Source: Eledone cirrhosa
Taxonomy: Eukaryota
DNA length: 64,000 nucleotides
Assembly: GCA_964016885.1 (NCBI GenBank)
Contig: OZ024759.1
Coordinates: forward strand, 8,928,001 to 8,992,000
Direction of reading: 5' to 3'
The first letter of the stretch is position 1, and every line of letters begins with the position of its first letter. The notes beneath the pieces were generated by a model, which saw only the letters and a list, made by a program, of their open reading frames with translations, searched no databases and was not told the DNA's origin. This document shows positions 38,099 through 50,610 of this stretch, in pieces. Both the position numbers and the translations under genes were made by a program.

Positions 38099-38513
38099 CA
38101 TCATCATCATCATCATCGTTTAACGTCCATGTTCCACGCTTGCATGGGTTTGGACGGGAGTTTTCCCACTTGAGGCAAGAGTGGTTGTCTTGCTCGCATA
38201 GGACTGTCTGGCGGGTTTTCTACAGCTGGATGCCCTTCCTAACACCAACCACATTTACAGTGTGGGGCTGGGAGGTTTTTACTGTGTTACCTACACGGCC
38301 ACATTACAGCGTGGACTGTCTGGCGGGTTTTCTATAGCTGGATGCCCTTCCTAACACCAACCACATTTACAGTGTGGGACTGGGAGGTTTTTACCGTGTT
38401 GCCTACACGGCCACATTACAGCATGGACTGTGTGTTTTTTTTGTCGTGACACCTACACGACCTCATTTGTTTCGGCCTGGATGTTGTGGCACCAACATAA
38501 CTTTACATTGAAA
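38097..38513 (-). mobile_element. 5'-truncated copy of the RTE 3'UTR (smaller pieces at 55590-55641 and 63943-64000)
   Basis: Near-identical to 17734-18153. Confidence 0.92.
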
Positions 38514-38522
38514 GATATATAT

Positions 38523-38940
38523 ATATAAGAGGGTGTTAAAGTTTGCTTGAAGCATTGTGAAATGTGTAAAATATGTAGTTTAGAAAGCCACAACAATGCA
38601 GATGGGAAATCTCGAGGTAGGAAGTGAGTGAGAAATAGGAGAAAAGTGAAAATTGAGAGAAATGAAAAAATGAAAACAAAACAAAGGTAGAAGGGTTACC
38701 GTAGTGGAGATTTAATCCCAATATTTCGGGCTCACGCCCATCAACGGGGGAAAGTTCCAAAAGGGGGGGGGGAACAGGCTAAGCCGGAGAAAGTTGTATT
38801 GTTGTTAAAACATAGGAATGCCGTTATGGGGAAAATTCAAACGAGGGAAAGAATGCGCGTGCGCGTGATAGGCTGTGGCAAAAGCTACTGACCAATTGGG
38901 TTAAATAAATAGGGTGCGCCTTCGTGTGAAAGCCGTAAAA
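38523..38940 (-). mobile_element. Penelope-like fragment with a variant hammerhead at 38716-38751
   Basis: Terminus matches 535-574 in reverse complement. Confidence 0.6.
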
Positions 38941-38968
38941 TATGTGTGTGTAAATATATATGTGTGTG

Positions 38969-39006
<38 letters not shown>

Positions 39007-39079
39007 CAGACAATAATAAATATTTGTTTGTTTGTATTTGTAAAAAGATTGATTATGATTTCCATTGTTACAATGTTAG

Positions 39080-39241
39080 GTGATTGCTGAGGAAGAACAG
39101 ACAGACAACAAATCTAAAAGTCAAGCACATCAAATAGTTGTCAGACTGAAGGATGTTAACATTCACAACCCTAAATTTACCAACCTCCCCTACACATTTG
39201 ATGTCCTCCTACAAACAGCCCCTGGGACATCCATTGGTAAA
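39080..39241 (+). CDS. Cadherin-repeat protein, exon E (VIAEEE...LKDVNIHNPKF...APGTSIGK)
   Basis: ttag acceptor and gtaagt donor; DVN...P.F linker; 54 codons. Confidence 0.92.
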
Positions 39242-39267
39242 GTAAGTAAAGTTAACTCACTTTCCTC

Positions 39268-39852
39268 AACCTCCCACCTCTCCCCTCTCACCTCTCACCT
39301 GCCACGTCTCACCTCTCACCTGCCACCTCTCACCTGTCACCTCTCCCCTCTCACCTGCCACCTCTCCCTTCTCACCTCTCACCTGCCACCTCTCACCTGC
39401 CACCTCTCACCTGCCACCTCTCACCTGTCACCTCTCCCCTCTCACCTGCCACCTCTCCCTTCTCACCTCTCACCTGCCACCTCTCACCTGCCACCTCTCC
39501 CTTCTCACCTCTCACCTGCCACCTCTCACCTGTCACCTCTCCCCTCTCCCTTCTCACCTGTCACCTCTCCCCTCTCACCTGCCACCTCTCCCTTCTCACC
39601 TCTCACCTGCCACCTCTCACCTGCCACCTCTCACCTGCCACCTCTCACCTGTCACCTCTCCCATATCACCTCTCCCCGGTCTCTTTTCCCCTCTCCACAC
39701 TCCCCCTACCCATTCACCCCCCTCATCCCACCTCCTCTTCCCACCCCCTCCCCCATCAACTCTCCCCTGTCACCTCTCTCCTCTCCACACTCACCCCCAA
39801 TTCACCCCCCCCTCTTCACCCCCCTCTCACATCTCCCCTCTCACCTCTCACC
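39268..39852. repeat. C/T-rich 7-mer-based repeat (ctctcac/ctgccac) filling the intron
   Basis: Direct observation. Confidence 0.92.
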
Positions 39853-39854
39853 AG

Positions 39855-40027
39855 GTAACAGTCTCTGATGAAGACCAAGGTAACAATGGCAATGTGACCC
39901 TCACCATTGGGGACACCAAACTCCCTTTTAAGATTGACCAGAGAGGCATTCTGACAGTTTCTGCTGCGTTACATACAAACCTCTACAGCTTTACAGTCAC
40001 TGGCCAAGATGGAGCAACTTACCCCAG
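39855..40027 (+). CDS. Cadherin-repeat protein, exon F ([14 protein letters not shown]...FKIDQRG...GQDGATYP)
   Basis: ccag acceptor and gtaatt donor; D.D.G.NG, F.ID and DG motifs; phase 2 end. Confidence 0.93.
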
Positions 40028-40047
40028 GTAATTCACATTCCTTTATT

Positions 40048-41089
40048 TTGTTGTTGTTGTGGTTGTTGTTGGTGGTGGGGGTGTTAGTGGTGGTGGTGGT
40101 GGTGTTAGTGGTGGTGGTGTTAGTGGTGTTAGTGGTGGTGGTGTTAGTGGTGGTGGTGGTGGTGGTGGTGTTAGTGGTGGTGTTGTTGTTGGTGTTGGTG
40201 GTGGTGGTGGTGGTGGTGTTGGTGGTGGTGGTGGTGTTGGTGCTGGTGGTCGTGTTGTTGGTGGTGGTGGTGTTGGTGGTGGTGGTGTTGGTGGTGGTGG
40301 TGATGGTGTTGTTGTTGTTGGTGAGGGTGGTGGTGTTGTTGGTGAGGGTGGTGGTGTTGTTGGTGAGGGTGGTGGTGTTGTTGTTGTTGGTGAGGGTGGT
40401 GGTGGTGGTGTTGTTGGTGAGGGTGGTGGTGGTGGTGTCGGTGGTGTTGTTGTTAGTGTTGTTGGTGCTGTTAGTGTTGTTGGTGGTGGTGTTGGTGTTG
40501 GTGTTGTTAGTGTTGTTGGTGTTGGTGTTGGTGTTGTTAGTGTTGTTGGTGGTGGTGGTGTTGTTGTTGGTGTCGTTGGTGTTGTTGTTGTTGGTGTTGT
40601 TGGTGTTGGTGTTGTTGGTGTTGGTGTTGTTGTTGTTGGTGTTGTTGGTGTTGTTGGTGTTGTTGTTGTTGGTGTTGTTGGTGTTGTTGTTGTTGGTGTT
40701 GTTGTTGTTGGTGTTGTTGTTGGTGTTGTTGGTGTTGTTGTTGGTGTTGTTGGTGTTGTTGTTGGTGTTGTTGGTGTTGTTGTTGTTGGTGTTGTTGGTG
40801 TTGTTGTTGTTGGTGTTGTTGGTGTTGTTGGTGTTGTTGTTGTTGGTGTTGTTGTTGTTGGTGTTGTTGTTGGTGTTGTTGGTGTTGTTGTTGTTGTTGT
40901 TGGTGTTGTTGTTGTTGGTGTTGTTGGTGTTGTTGTTGTTGGTGTTGTTGGTGTTGGTGTTGTTGGTGTTGTTGTTGTTGTTGGTGTTGGTGTTGTTGTT
41001 GTTGGTGTTGTTGGTGTTGTTGTTGTTGTTGGTGTTGGTGTTGTTGTTGTTGGTGTTGGTGTTGTTGGTGTTGTTGGTGTTGTTGTTGT
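40048..41089. repeat. (GGT/GTT)n microsatellite filling the intron
   Basis: Direct observation. Confidence 0.97.
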
Positions 41090-41142
41090 AGCCTACCTAT
41101 TCTATTTCCAACTCCTTCCTACCTTTAATCTATTTCCATTAG

Positions 41143-41272
41143 ATCATCTGTTGCTATGGTTACAGTCAATGTAACGTCTCCGAATCGAAAGCCAACATTT
41201 TCCAAGTCAATGTCTAAAGCTATCTCTGTACCGGAGACAGCTGTGCCAGGGACAATACTCATGATACTACAG
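41143..41272 (+). CDS. Cadherin-repeat protein, exon G (SSVAMVTVNV...KPTF...SVPETAVPGTILMILQ)
   Basis: ttag acceptor and gtcagt donor; phase 2 to 0; V.V.V, P.F and VPE...PG motifs. Confidence 0.93.
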
Positions 41273-41792
41273 GTCAGTTTAACCCTTTACCATGCACATT
41301 ACTCTATATATACTATTGTATTTTCACAGTAAAGGCTTTACCTCACGTAATACCTCACATAACATTTACATTACTCTATATATACTATTGTATTGTCACA
41401 GTAAAGGCTTTACCTCACATAATATCTCACATACCATTTACATTACTCTATATATACTATTGTATTTTCACAGTAAAGGCTTTACCTCACATAATATCTC
41501 ACATAACATTTACATTACTCTATATATACTATTGTATTGTCACAGTAAAGGCTTTACCTCACATAATATCTCACATAACATCTCGTATACGAGAGACGTG
41601 TGTTGACGTGTGTGAACAAGCTCGGCTACCGAGTCGGATTTACTTACTCAAAAAGTGAGTTTTGATTAATTTTTTTATACTGTAATATACGTTAACCCCT
41701 TGCCTTGGTCGTCAAACTTTGAGTTTATTTATTTTCGCCCCTTTTGGGGGCGAATTTTCCAGTTAAAAATTTATTACGGCAAACTAATAGAA

Positions 41793-43536
41793 ATGGACGG
41801 AATTTTCACATCTCATCCTAACGTGAAAGCCACGCCCCCTAAGAAAGGTGATACAGAGAAGCTAGAAGCACAAGGCTCTAAGTCTTCCCTCCTGACTTCT
41901 GCAAAAGAAACATGGAACACGGAATTAAAAGAAAAATTTGTAAAAATGGGTGAAAACCCAGAAAGTCACATAAACGCAGACAAAAACAACAACGACAATA
42001 ACAGCAATAGTCACAACACCAACCAAGGAAAAAATAACGATAACACCAAACAAAGCGAACCCACTACTGGTACCTCCTTTGCACAGGCGGTCCGGAAAAC
42101 ACAAACCTGCAAGCAACTGGACATTACAACTCTGAGAGAAAAGATGAAGGAAGCGAAACAGTATGTAACTTTCAAAGAAGGAGGAGACTTCACAATCACC
42201 TCCCCACAAGAAATCAAAAGAGACACGACGCTAAGAACGATATCTTTCAGAACAATTTCCAACATAACAAGGAAACCAACTCAATTATCCCAAAAAGAGA
42301 TTGAGCTGGTCCTAAAAAATGTGTGGAGTGATATATCGTTCATACAAAAAGGGCCACTCTATGGGAATATAACGGTCCTAATGAAGGATCAATTGACGGC
42401 CAGGAAATACTCTGTGGCACCAATTGTTTCCAAGATATATACATTTTTCCCCACATATTTAGGGAAAAGAACGCAGAAGATAAGGGTCTCCGGAATCCGG
42501 CCAAATGCATGCATTTCCTGGGTACTAACAGGATTTTTAGAAGACGAGGACGGAATCCTCTCAGTAGGAGAAGTCACCACAGACGTTTTCGGCGGTTTGA
42601 GCGTGGAGGTTCTGGTCCAAATGAGACCAGAACGAATAGCTAGAATACCACAGAGGGTGTCCCTCGATGGAGAAACATTTATATATATTTCAGCCGAGGG
42701 TAGGAGGCCCATATGTTACTACTGTTCAAGCAGGGGTCATCTAAGGGCTGCTTGTCCTCAATTGACAAAAAAAAAAGGCTCTTTTGCCTACACCCCACAC
42801 ACCACCACCGCCACCACCACCACCACCACCACCTCCACCACCACCACCACAACAACAACAAAAACAACAGGGAAAAATAACACAAGACACGGCCCCACCC
42901 AAAACAACTCCCAAAACACACACAAATACAACAAAACCCCAAAATACACCACTACCCGACAGCACGGACGAGGACCCAGCGGAAACGGCACCTAGTGACG
43001 AAGAGGGGGAACCCTTCCAACCTGTAAAAAGGAAAAAAAGAAAGCACCACTCGAACATAAACGAAACAAACACACAACCACCAACAAAAACAAAACAAAC
43101 AGAACAAACAAAATCCGCCCCACCCCAAAACATAACACATACAACAAAACGTAAGCACACACAAGAACAACAAACAAACACAACACAAATAAAACAGTAT
43201 ACATACATTAACACAAATAACAAAGAACTAGTAAAAACAATACACAAAGACCCTTTGGTGGAAACTGAAGGGCAATTCTTTGCAAGCGCGGCCAACAAAC
43301 CGCATTTAAAAATGATAAGACTCCCAATGGACACCTATGCAAAACTAAGAGAGAACTTTCCTGAGGACGTGGGGAAAACATGTACTCGACCCTATAACCG
43401 CGTCCTCTTGAAACGTTTCCCCACCCACACCTCACCAAACACCCCCACTCCACCACAGAACAACACCCCACCAAACAACCCCTCCAATACGCCCATGGAT
43501 ATTGTGCAACCTGCTCCTCAGGAGCCGAACAGGTAG
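41793..43536 (+). pseudogene. Tx1 ORF1, frameshifted
   Basis: One extra A relative to copy 2 (may be a homopolymer sequencing error). Confidence 0.85.
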
Positions 43537-43557
43537 GTCCTTCCTCTTTTAACCAAC

Positions 43558-46500
43558 ATGGCTGATATAAGAGTTGGGTGTCTGAATGTACGTGGCCTGG
43601 GACTGTCTTGGAAACAAGGCAAACTTTTAAACGATCTCAGGTCGCATAGAATGGATGTAATGGCTATTTGCGAGTCCAGGATCAGCAGCGAGCACCAACT
43701 GGCGCCCCTCTTCGACGACTTTGAGATCTTCGCATCTCTCTGTCAACCGGGGGGTGGGGGTGGAGTTGTCGTTCTGCTGCGAAAACACCTGGGCCTCGCC
43801 ATACAGAAGGTGCACCTGGACCCGGAGGGTCGACTGGTGGTTTTAGACGTCGGCAGTAGTGAAAGTGGAGCCCTTAGACTAATAGCTGTGTACGCCCCTT
43901 TTTGGGCAGCGCGGCCGGAATACTTCCAACGTCTGGAAACTTTTCTGGGAACGTCCCGCTCCTTGCTTTTAGTGGGGGACTGGAATGGTATCCTGGATGC
44001 ACGTTGGGACTATGTAGGGGCATGTGCCAATAGAGGGGGGTGTAAAAGCCTCAAAAGGTTAATCGGCCGATTTGACCTGGCCGATAGATATCGACTAGAT
44101 TTTCCGACTGTACCACTATGGACGTGGACCAATCGCAGTGGAACATCTAGGTCGTACCTAGATAGGGTCCTAGTTAGAGAGAACGATAGGGACACATTTA
44201 GCTGTCCAAAAATGTTCATGGTTGACTATTCGGATCACAAGTTAGTGACCTGCATAGCCAACCTTGATAGAACCCATAGACAGGGACCCGGTTACTGGAA
44301 GCTGAACTTGTCCTTACCGAGAAGCAAAGCTTACAGTAAACGGATTAGCACGTTAGTTAAGCAGAGTTTGACAGGGGCAATTGTCAACAACAGGTGGTGG
44401 AGCTCTCTTAAGAGAGCAATTAGAATAGAATCGATAGGTTTTAGTCAGGAATTAGCAAGGGATAGGAACAAGACGGAAAGGGAATTAGTAGATAGAGTAG
44501 AAGAGGCGATTAGGAGTGGCAATGTAGCCGGCGTGCTGGCATCAAGAATGGCCTTAGACCAGTTCTTTGAGGTGAAGCATGAAGGCTGCGTTGTCAGGAG
44601 TAAAATACGTGCTCTGGGTAATGAGGGAGCCAAAGCTGTGAGCTGGGCCCGAGTGACAGAGGCAAAAAGTGGGAACAAGTCCACGATTCGGTCTTTGAAG
44701 GACCAGGATGGGCGTGTGATCCTTGAACCTGGGCAGATGTGTGCGGCCTTTCAGCGGCACTTTGCACGACTGTTCGAGGGGGGCGGCGCGCCGGGTGAGA
44801 CTATGGATTTCAATCCATACCTCGACGGTCTGCCGCGCCTCTCGGACGCGGAGGCGAAGTCCTGCGAAAGGACGATTTCAGCTGCTAAGATAGGGGCGGC
44901 GCTGAGCCAATGCGGCAAACGCAAATCCCCGGGTCTCGATGGTCTACCATACGAGCTATATGTAGCGATGCCGGACTTGTTCTCCGATATCCTCGAAGCG
45001 ATCTAATGCAACTGGCAGCAGAACGGGAGAATTCCCAGTTCTGTGACCAAGGGCGTAGTTACGCTGGTGAGGAAGGATGAGAACAAGGGGGATGACATAA
45101 GTAACTTCAGGCCCATAACTCTGCTAAATACAGAGTTAAAGATTTTGGCCAAGGTGTTAGCGAAGAGGTTGGCGCTTGTCGTTGGAAACCTGGTGGGAGA
45201 AGCGCAGACATGCGCAATCCCGTCCAGGTCCATTCACGACAATCTCCACCTTATGCGATACATCATAGAGAGGGTAGGGAATGAACCCGGCTTTGGTGGG
45301 GCCCTGATCAACTTGGATCAATCTAAAGCTTTCGATAGGGTTGACCATCGTTACCTGGATGCGGTGCTCGCGGCGGCAGGCTTCGGACCCGTTTTCAGGG
45401 GTTGGATTGCTGCGATGCACAGCAGCAACGTCTGCTCAAGGGTCAAGGTGAACGGCCACCTCTCGGAGCCGTTCCAAATCATGCGATCCATCCGACAGGG
45501 ATGCCCTCTCTCCTCCCTACTGTATGTGCTGGCTCTTGAGCCACTACTGCGGAAGTTGGAGCGGTTGCAGGGCATCCCTTTGGAACCGGGATTGCAGAAA
45601 GCGGCGTCGGCCTACGCCGATGACGTGACAGTAATGGTGTCGAAAACCTCGCAAATCGGTGAGATCGGCACCTTACTGGAGGAATATGAAAGGTTTACAG
45701 GAGCCAAGCTGAACCGGGACAAGTCCGTCGGTTTGCAACTCGGAACATGGAGAGGCAAACCGATGCCCTCCAACGACGTCGTCGGACGCTGGACGGAGGG
45801 CCCGGTGAAGCTGCTTGGGGTCTGGTTCGGACCAGACCTCCAGGTGGAGAAAAACTGGAACGAGGTAACGGCCAGGGTGTTTGCACTCACCCAGAAGTGG
45901 GCCCAGTGCAAACTATCCCTGAAAGGTCGAGCGGAGGTGGCGAATACTTATATAGCATCCGTCATCTACTACCGCTTGACCGTCGTGCCTTGCCCAGTGA
46001 AAAGACTCGCCAAAATGGAGTGCGCGCTGTTCCAATTTCTTTGGAACAAGCGGACCCCTTTGGTGAGGAGATCCATCTGCTGTCAACACCCTTCGAAAGG
46101 AGGGCTGGGGATGCCGTGGCTACAGATGCGTAAACACGCATTAAGGCTACGGCACCTCCAAGTATTCCTCACCGGTCAACCGGTGTGGGCCCCGTTTGTG
46201 AGGCGAGCCTTTCCCAGACTCGTCTCGCTCACCGAGCTGCAATCCTGGGTCAAGCAAAGACCGAGAAAAGTGGGCGACTGGCACATTGAATGTGCCCAGG
46301 CGCTCACGGTCCTCTGGAAAGCGGACCCGGCAATCAGTGGAGACTCCACGTCGACATTCTATAGAGGGTTGGTACGCAGCAGGTGCGACGATGCTCTCGG
46401 AGAAGCTCTAGGCATGGAGGAAGATGAACTGGCCAGTCTGTTCGGTAGGACGTTTGGCCCTGGACCGATGGACAACTTCCAAAAGTCCCTGGCTTGGCAG

Positions 46501-46995
46501 TGCTACCGAGGGGCTCTACCCGTTCGAGACAAGCTCCACAGGCATGGGAGCCTGGGTAGAGATCCTTTGAATAAGATCTGTCCGAGATGCGTGCATGATG
46601 ACGAAACCGTTGCGCACGCATTCGTACACTGCCCAGGCATTGCTGACCTGTGGGGCTATGTGGAACGACTACTGTCGAGGGTGGGACCAATCCGGTTGAC
46701 CACCGAGTCCATTGTCACGATCAAACCGCCTCCCCCTTTCAAAAACGAAGGAGAGGCGGTTTTTCTCTGTGTGGTAGCCATGGCTAAAGAAGTTGTATGG
46801 TGGACGAGGCTGAAAGGGCTGAGGTCAGACACCTTTCTCTCCGGCCAACAACTGGTCCCCTTTTTCAAATACCATTTTAAAAGAAGGATCAGAATGGAGA
46901 GAGAGGTGCTCTACCCCAGCAAGTTTTATGAAAGGTGGGTGAAAGTAGGGAGAATGGCCAGAGTGAATGGGTCTTCTCTCTATATCAGCCTGTAG
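43558..46995 (+). pseudogene. Tx1 ORF2 with a premature stop
   Basis: atcTAA versus gtcTAC in copy 2. Confidence 0.9.
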
Positions 46996-48861
46996 GTAAA
47001 AGAAGAGGAAAAAGAGGAGACGAGGGAAGCACCTACTCTTTGTGCTCCTGAGGAGAAGGGTTGCACATTTTTTCCGGGGTGTGTGCGACCCATGTTAATG
47101 CCCCCTCCCTATTGAGGACTTCGTTTGTTGTTGTTATTTCATTGTTATATTTTTGTACTCGTTAATTATATGTAAACTTCCCCCCTTGTATCTGTCCCTA
47201 CCTTTTGTGCCCTAGTGGCAAATAAAGAAACCACTCTATATATACTGTTGTATTTTCACAGTAAAGGCTTTACCTCACATAATATCTCACATAACATTTA
47301 CATTACTCTATATATACTATTGTATTGTCACAGTAAAGGCTTTACCTCACATAATATCTCACATAACATTTACATTACTCTATATATACTATTGTATTGT
47401 CACAGTAAAGGCTTTACCTCACATAATACATCACATAACATTTACATTACTCTAAATATACTATTGTATTTTCACAGTAAAGGCTTTACCTCACATAATA
47501 TCTCACATAACATTTACATTACTCTATATATACTATCGTATTTTCACAGTAAAGGCTTTACCTCACATAATATCTCACATAACATTTACATTACTCTATA
47601 TATACTATTGTATTGTCACAGTAAAGGCTTTACCTCACATAATATCTCACATAACATTTACATTACTCTATATATACTATTGTATTGTCACAGTAAAGGC
47701 TTTACCTCACATAATACATCACATAACATTTACATTACTCTAAATATACTATTGTATTTTCACAGTAAAGGCTTTACCTCACATAATATCTCACATAACA
47801 TTTACATTACTCTAAATATACTATCGTATTTTCACAGTAAAGGCTTTACCTCACATAATATCTCACATAACATTTACATTACTCTATATATACTATTGTA
47901 TTTTCACAGTAAAGGCTTTACCTCACATAATATCTCACATAACATTTACATTACTCTATATATACTATTGTATTGTCACAGTAAAGACTTTACCTTACAT
48001 ATCTCACATAACATTTACATTACTCTATATATACTATTATATTTCCACAGTAAAGGCTTTACCTCACATAAAATCTCACATAACATTTACACTACTCTAT
48101 ATATACTATTGTATTTTCACGGTAAACAGTTTACCTCACATAACATTTACATTACTCTATATATACTATTGTATTTTCACAGTAAAGGCTTTACCTCACA
48201 TAATACCTCACATAACATTTACATTACTCTATATATACTATTGTATTGTCACAGTAAATGCTTCACCTCACATAATATCTTCCATAACATTTACATTACT
48301 CTATATATACTATTGTATTGTCACAGTAAAGGCTTTACCTCACATAATATCTCACATAACAGTTACATTACTCTATATATACTATTGTATTGTCACAGTA
48401 AAGGCTTTACCTCACATAATACCTCACATAACATTTACATTACTCTATATATACTATTGTATTGTCACAGTAAAGCCTTTACCTCACATAATATCTCACA
48501 TAACATTTACATTACTCTATATATACTGTTGTATTTTCACAGTAAAGGCTTTACCTCACATAATATCTCACATAACATTTACATTACTCTATATATACTA
48601 TTGTATTGTCACAGTAAAGGCTTTACCTCACATAATATCTCACATAACATCTCGTATACGAGAGACGTGTGTTGACGTGTGAGAACAAGCTCGGCTACCG
48701 AGTCGGATTTACTTACTCAAAAAGTGAGTTTTGATTAATTTTTTTATACTGTAATATACGTTAACCCCTTGCCTTGGTCGTCAAACTTTGAGTTTATTTA
48801 TTTTCGCCCCTTTTTGGGGCGAATTTTCCAGTTAAAAATTTATTACGGCAAACTAATAGAA

Positions 48862-50589
48862 ATGGACGGAATTTTCACATCTCATCCTAACGTGAAAGCC
48901 ACGCCCCCTAAGAAAGGTGATACAGAGAAGCTAGAAGCACAAGGCTCTAAGTCTTCCCTCCTGACTTCTGCAAAAGAAACATGGAACACGGAATTAAAAG
49001 AAAAATTTGTAAAAATGGGTGAAAACCCAGAAAGTCACATAAACGCAGACAAAAACAACAACGACAATAACAGCAATAGTCACAACACCAACCAAGGAAA
49101 AAATAACGATAACACCAAACAAAGCGAACCCACTACTGGTGCCTCCTTTGCACAGGCGGTCCGGAAAACACAAACCTGCAAGCAACTGGACATTACAACT
49201 CTGAGAGAAAAGATGAAGGAAGCGAAACAGTATGTAACTTTCAAAGAAGGAGGAGACTTCACAATCACCTCCCCACAAGAAATCAAAAGAGACACGACGC
49301 TAAGAACGATATCTTTCAGAACAATTTCCAACATAACAAGGAAACCAACTCAATTATCCCAAAAAGAGATTGAGCTGGTCCTAAAAAATGTGTGGAGTGA
49401 TATATCGTTCATACAAAAAGGGCCACTCTATGGGAATATAACGGTCCTAATGAAGGATCAATTGACGGCCAGGAAATACTCTGTGGCACCAATTGTTTCC
49501 AAGCTACATACATTTTTCCCCACATATTTAGGGAAAAGAACGCAGAAGATAAGGGTCTCCGGAATCCGGCCAAATGCATGCATTTCCTGGGTACTAACAG
49601 GATTTTTAGAAGACGAGGACGGAATCCTCTCAGTAGGAGAAGTCACCACAGACGTTTTCGGCGGTTTGAGCGTGGAGGTTCTGGTCCAAATGAGACCAGA
49701 ACGAATAGCTAGAATACCACAGAGGGTGTCCCTCGATGGAGAAACATTTATATATATTTCAGCCGAGGGTAGGAGGCCCATATGTTACTACTGTTCAAGC
49801 AGGGGTCATCTAAGGGCTGCTTGTCCTCAATTGACAAAAAAAAAGGCTCTTTTGCCTACACCCCACACACCACCACCGCCACCACCACCACCACCACCAC
49901 CTCCACCACCACCACCACAACAACAACAAAAACAACAGGGAAAAATAACACAAGACACGGCCCCACCCAAAACAACTCCCAAAACACACACAAATACAAC
50001 AAAACCCCAAAATACACCACTACCCGACAGCACGGACGAGGACCCAGCGGAAACGGCACCTAGTGACGAAGAGGGGGAACCCTTCCAACCTGTAAAAAGG
50101 AAAAAAAGAAAGCACCACTCGAACATAAACGAAACAAACACACAACCACCAACAAAAACAAAACAAACAGAACAAACAAAATCCGCCCCACCCCAAAACA
50201 TAACACATACAACAAAACGTAAGCACACACAAGAACAACAAACAAACACAACACAAATAAAACAGTATACATACATTAACACAAATAACAAAGAACTAGT
50301 AAAAACAATACACAAAGACCCTTTGGTGGAAACTGAAGGGCAATTCTTTGCAAGCGCGGCCAACAAACCGCATTTAAAAATGATAAGACTCCCAATGGAC
50401 ACCTATGCAAAACTAAGAGAGAACTTTCCTGAGGACGTGGGGAAAACATGTACTCGACCCTATAACCGCGTCCTCTTGAAACGTTTCCCCACCCACACCT
50501 CACCAAACACCCCCACTCCACCACAGAACAACACCCCACCAAACAACCCCTCCAATACGCCTGTGCAACCTCAGGAGCCGAACAGGTAG
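48862..50589 (+). CDS. Tx1 ORF1p (575 aa from ATG): CCHC zinc knuckle, poly-Pro, T/N/Q-rich tail
   Basis: SFAQAV; CYYCSSRGHLRAAC; basic KRKKRK. Confidence 0.92.
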   Translation: MDGIFTSHPNVKATPPKKGDTEKLEAQGSKSSLLTSAKETWNTELKEKFVKMGENPESHINADKNNNDNNSNSHNTNQGKNNDNTKQSEPTTGASFAQAVRKTQTCKQLDITTLREKMKEAKQYVTFKEGGDFTITSPQEIKRDTTLRTISFRTISNITRKPTQLSQKEIELVLKNVWSDISFIQKGPLYGNITVLMKDQLTARKYSVAPIVSKLHTFFPTYLGKRTQKIRVSGIRPNACISWVLTGFLEDEDGILSVGEVTTDVFGGLSVEVLVQMRPERIARIPQRVSLDGETFIYISAEGRRPICYYCSSRGHLRAACPQLTKKKALLPTPHTPPPPPPPPPPPPPPPPQQQQKQQGKITQDTAPPKTTPKTHTNTTKPQNTPLPDSTDEDPAETAPSDEEGEPFQPVKRKKRKHHSNINETNTQPPTKTKQTEQTKSAPPQNITHTTKRKHTQEQQTNTTQIKQYTYINTNNKELVKTIHKDPLVETEGQFFASAANKPHLKMIRLPMDTYAKLRENFPEDVGKTCTRPYNRVLLKRFPTHTSPNTPTPPQNNTPPNNPSNTPVQPQEPNR

Positions 50590-50610
50590 GTCCTTCCTCT
50601 TTTAACCAAC

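Larger units (their letters stand above)
41582..47230 (+). mobile_element. Full-length Tx1-clade (L1 group) LINE, copy 1, disabled
   Basis: Near-identical to copy 2; ORF1 frameshift (A10 at 42767-42776); ORF2 TAA at 45004-45006. Confidence 0.95.

Noticed and set aside
42767-42776. A10 run as a programmed frameshift in Tx1 ORF1
   Set aside because: Copy 2 has A9 and is open; a mutation or homopolymer error is simpler.
47215-48675. 486-aa ORF with a 24-aa repeat (also the 16-aa repeat ORF at 54781-55470 and the YT-rich ORF at 62419-63429)
   Set aside because: Minisatellite periods divisible by 3; only 63217-63345 is a real exon.
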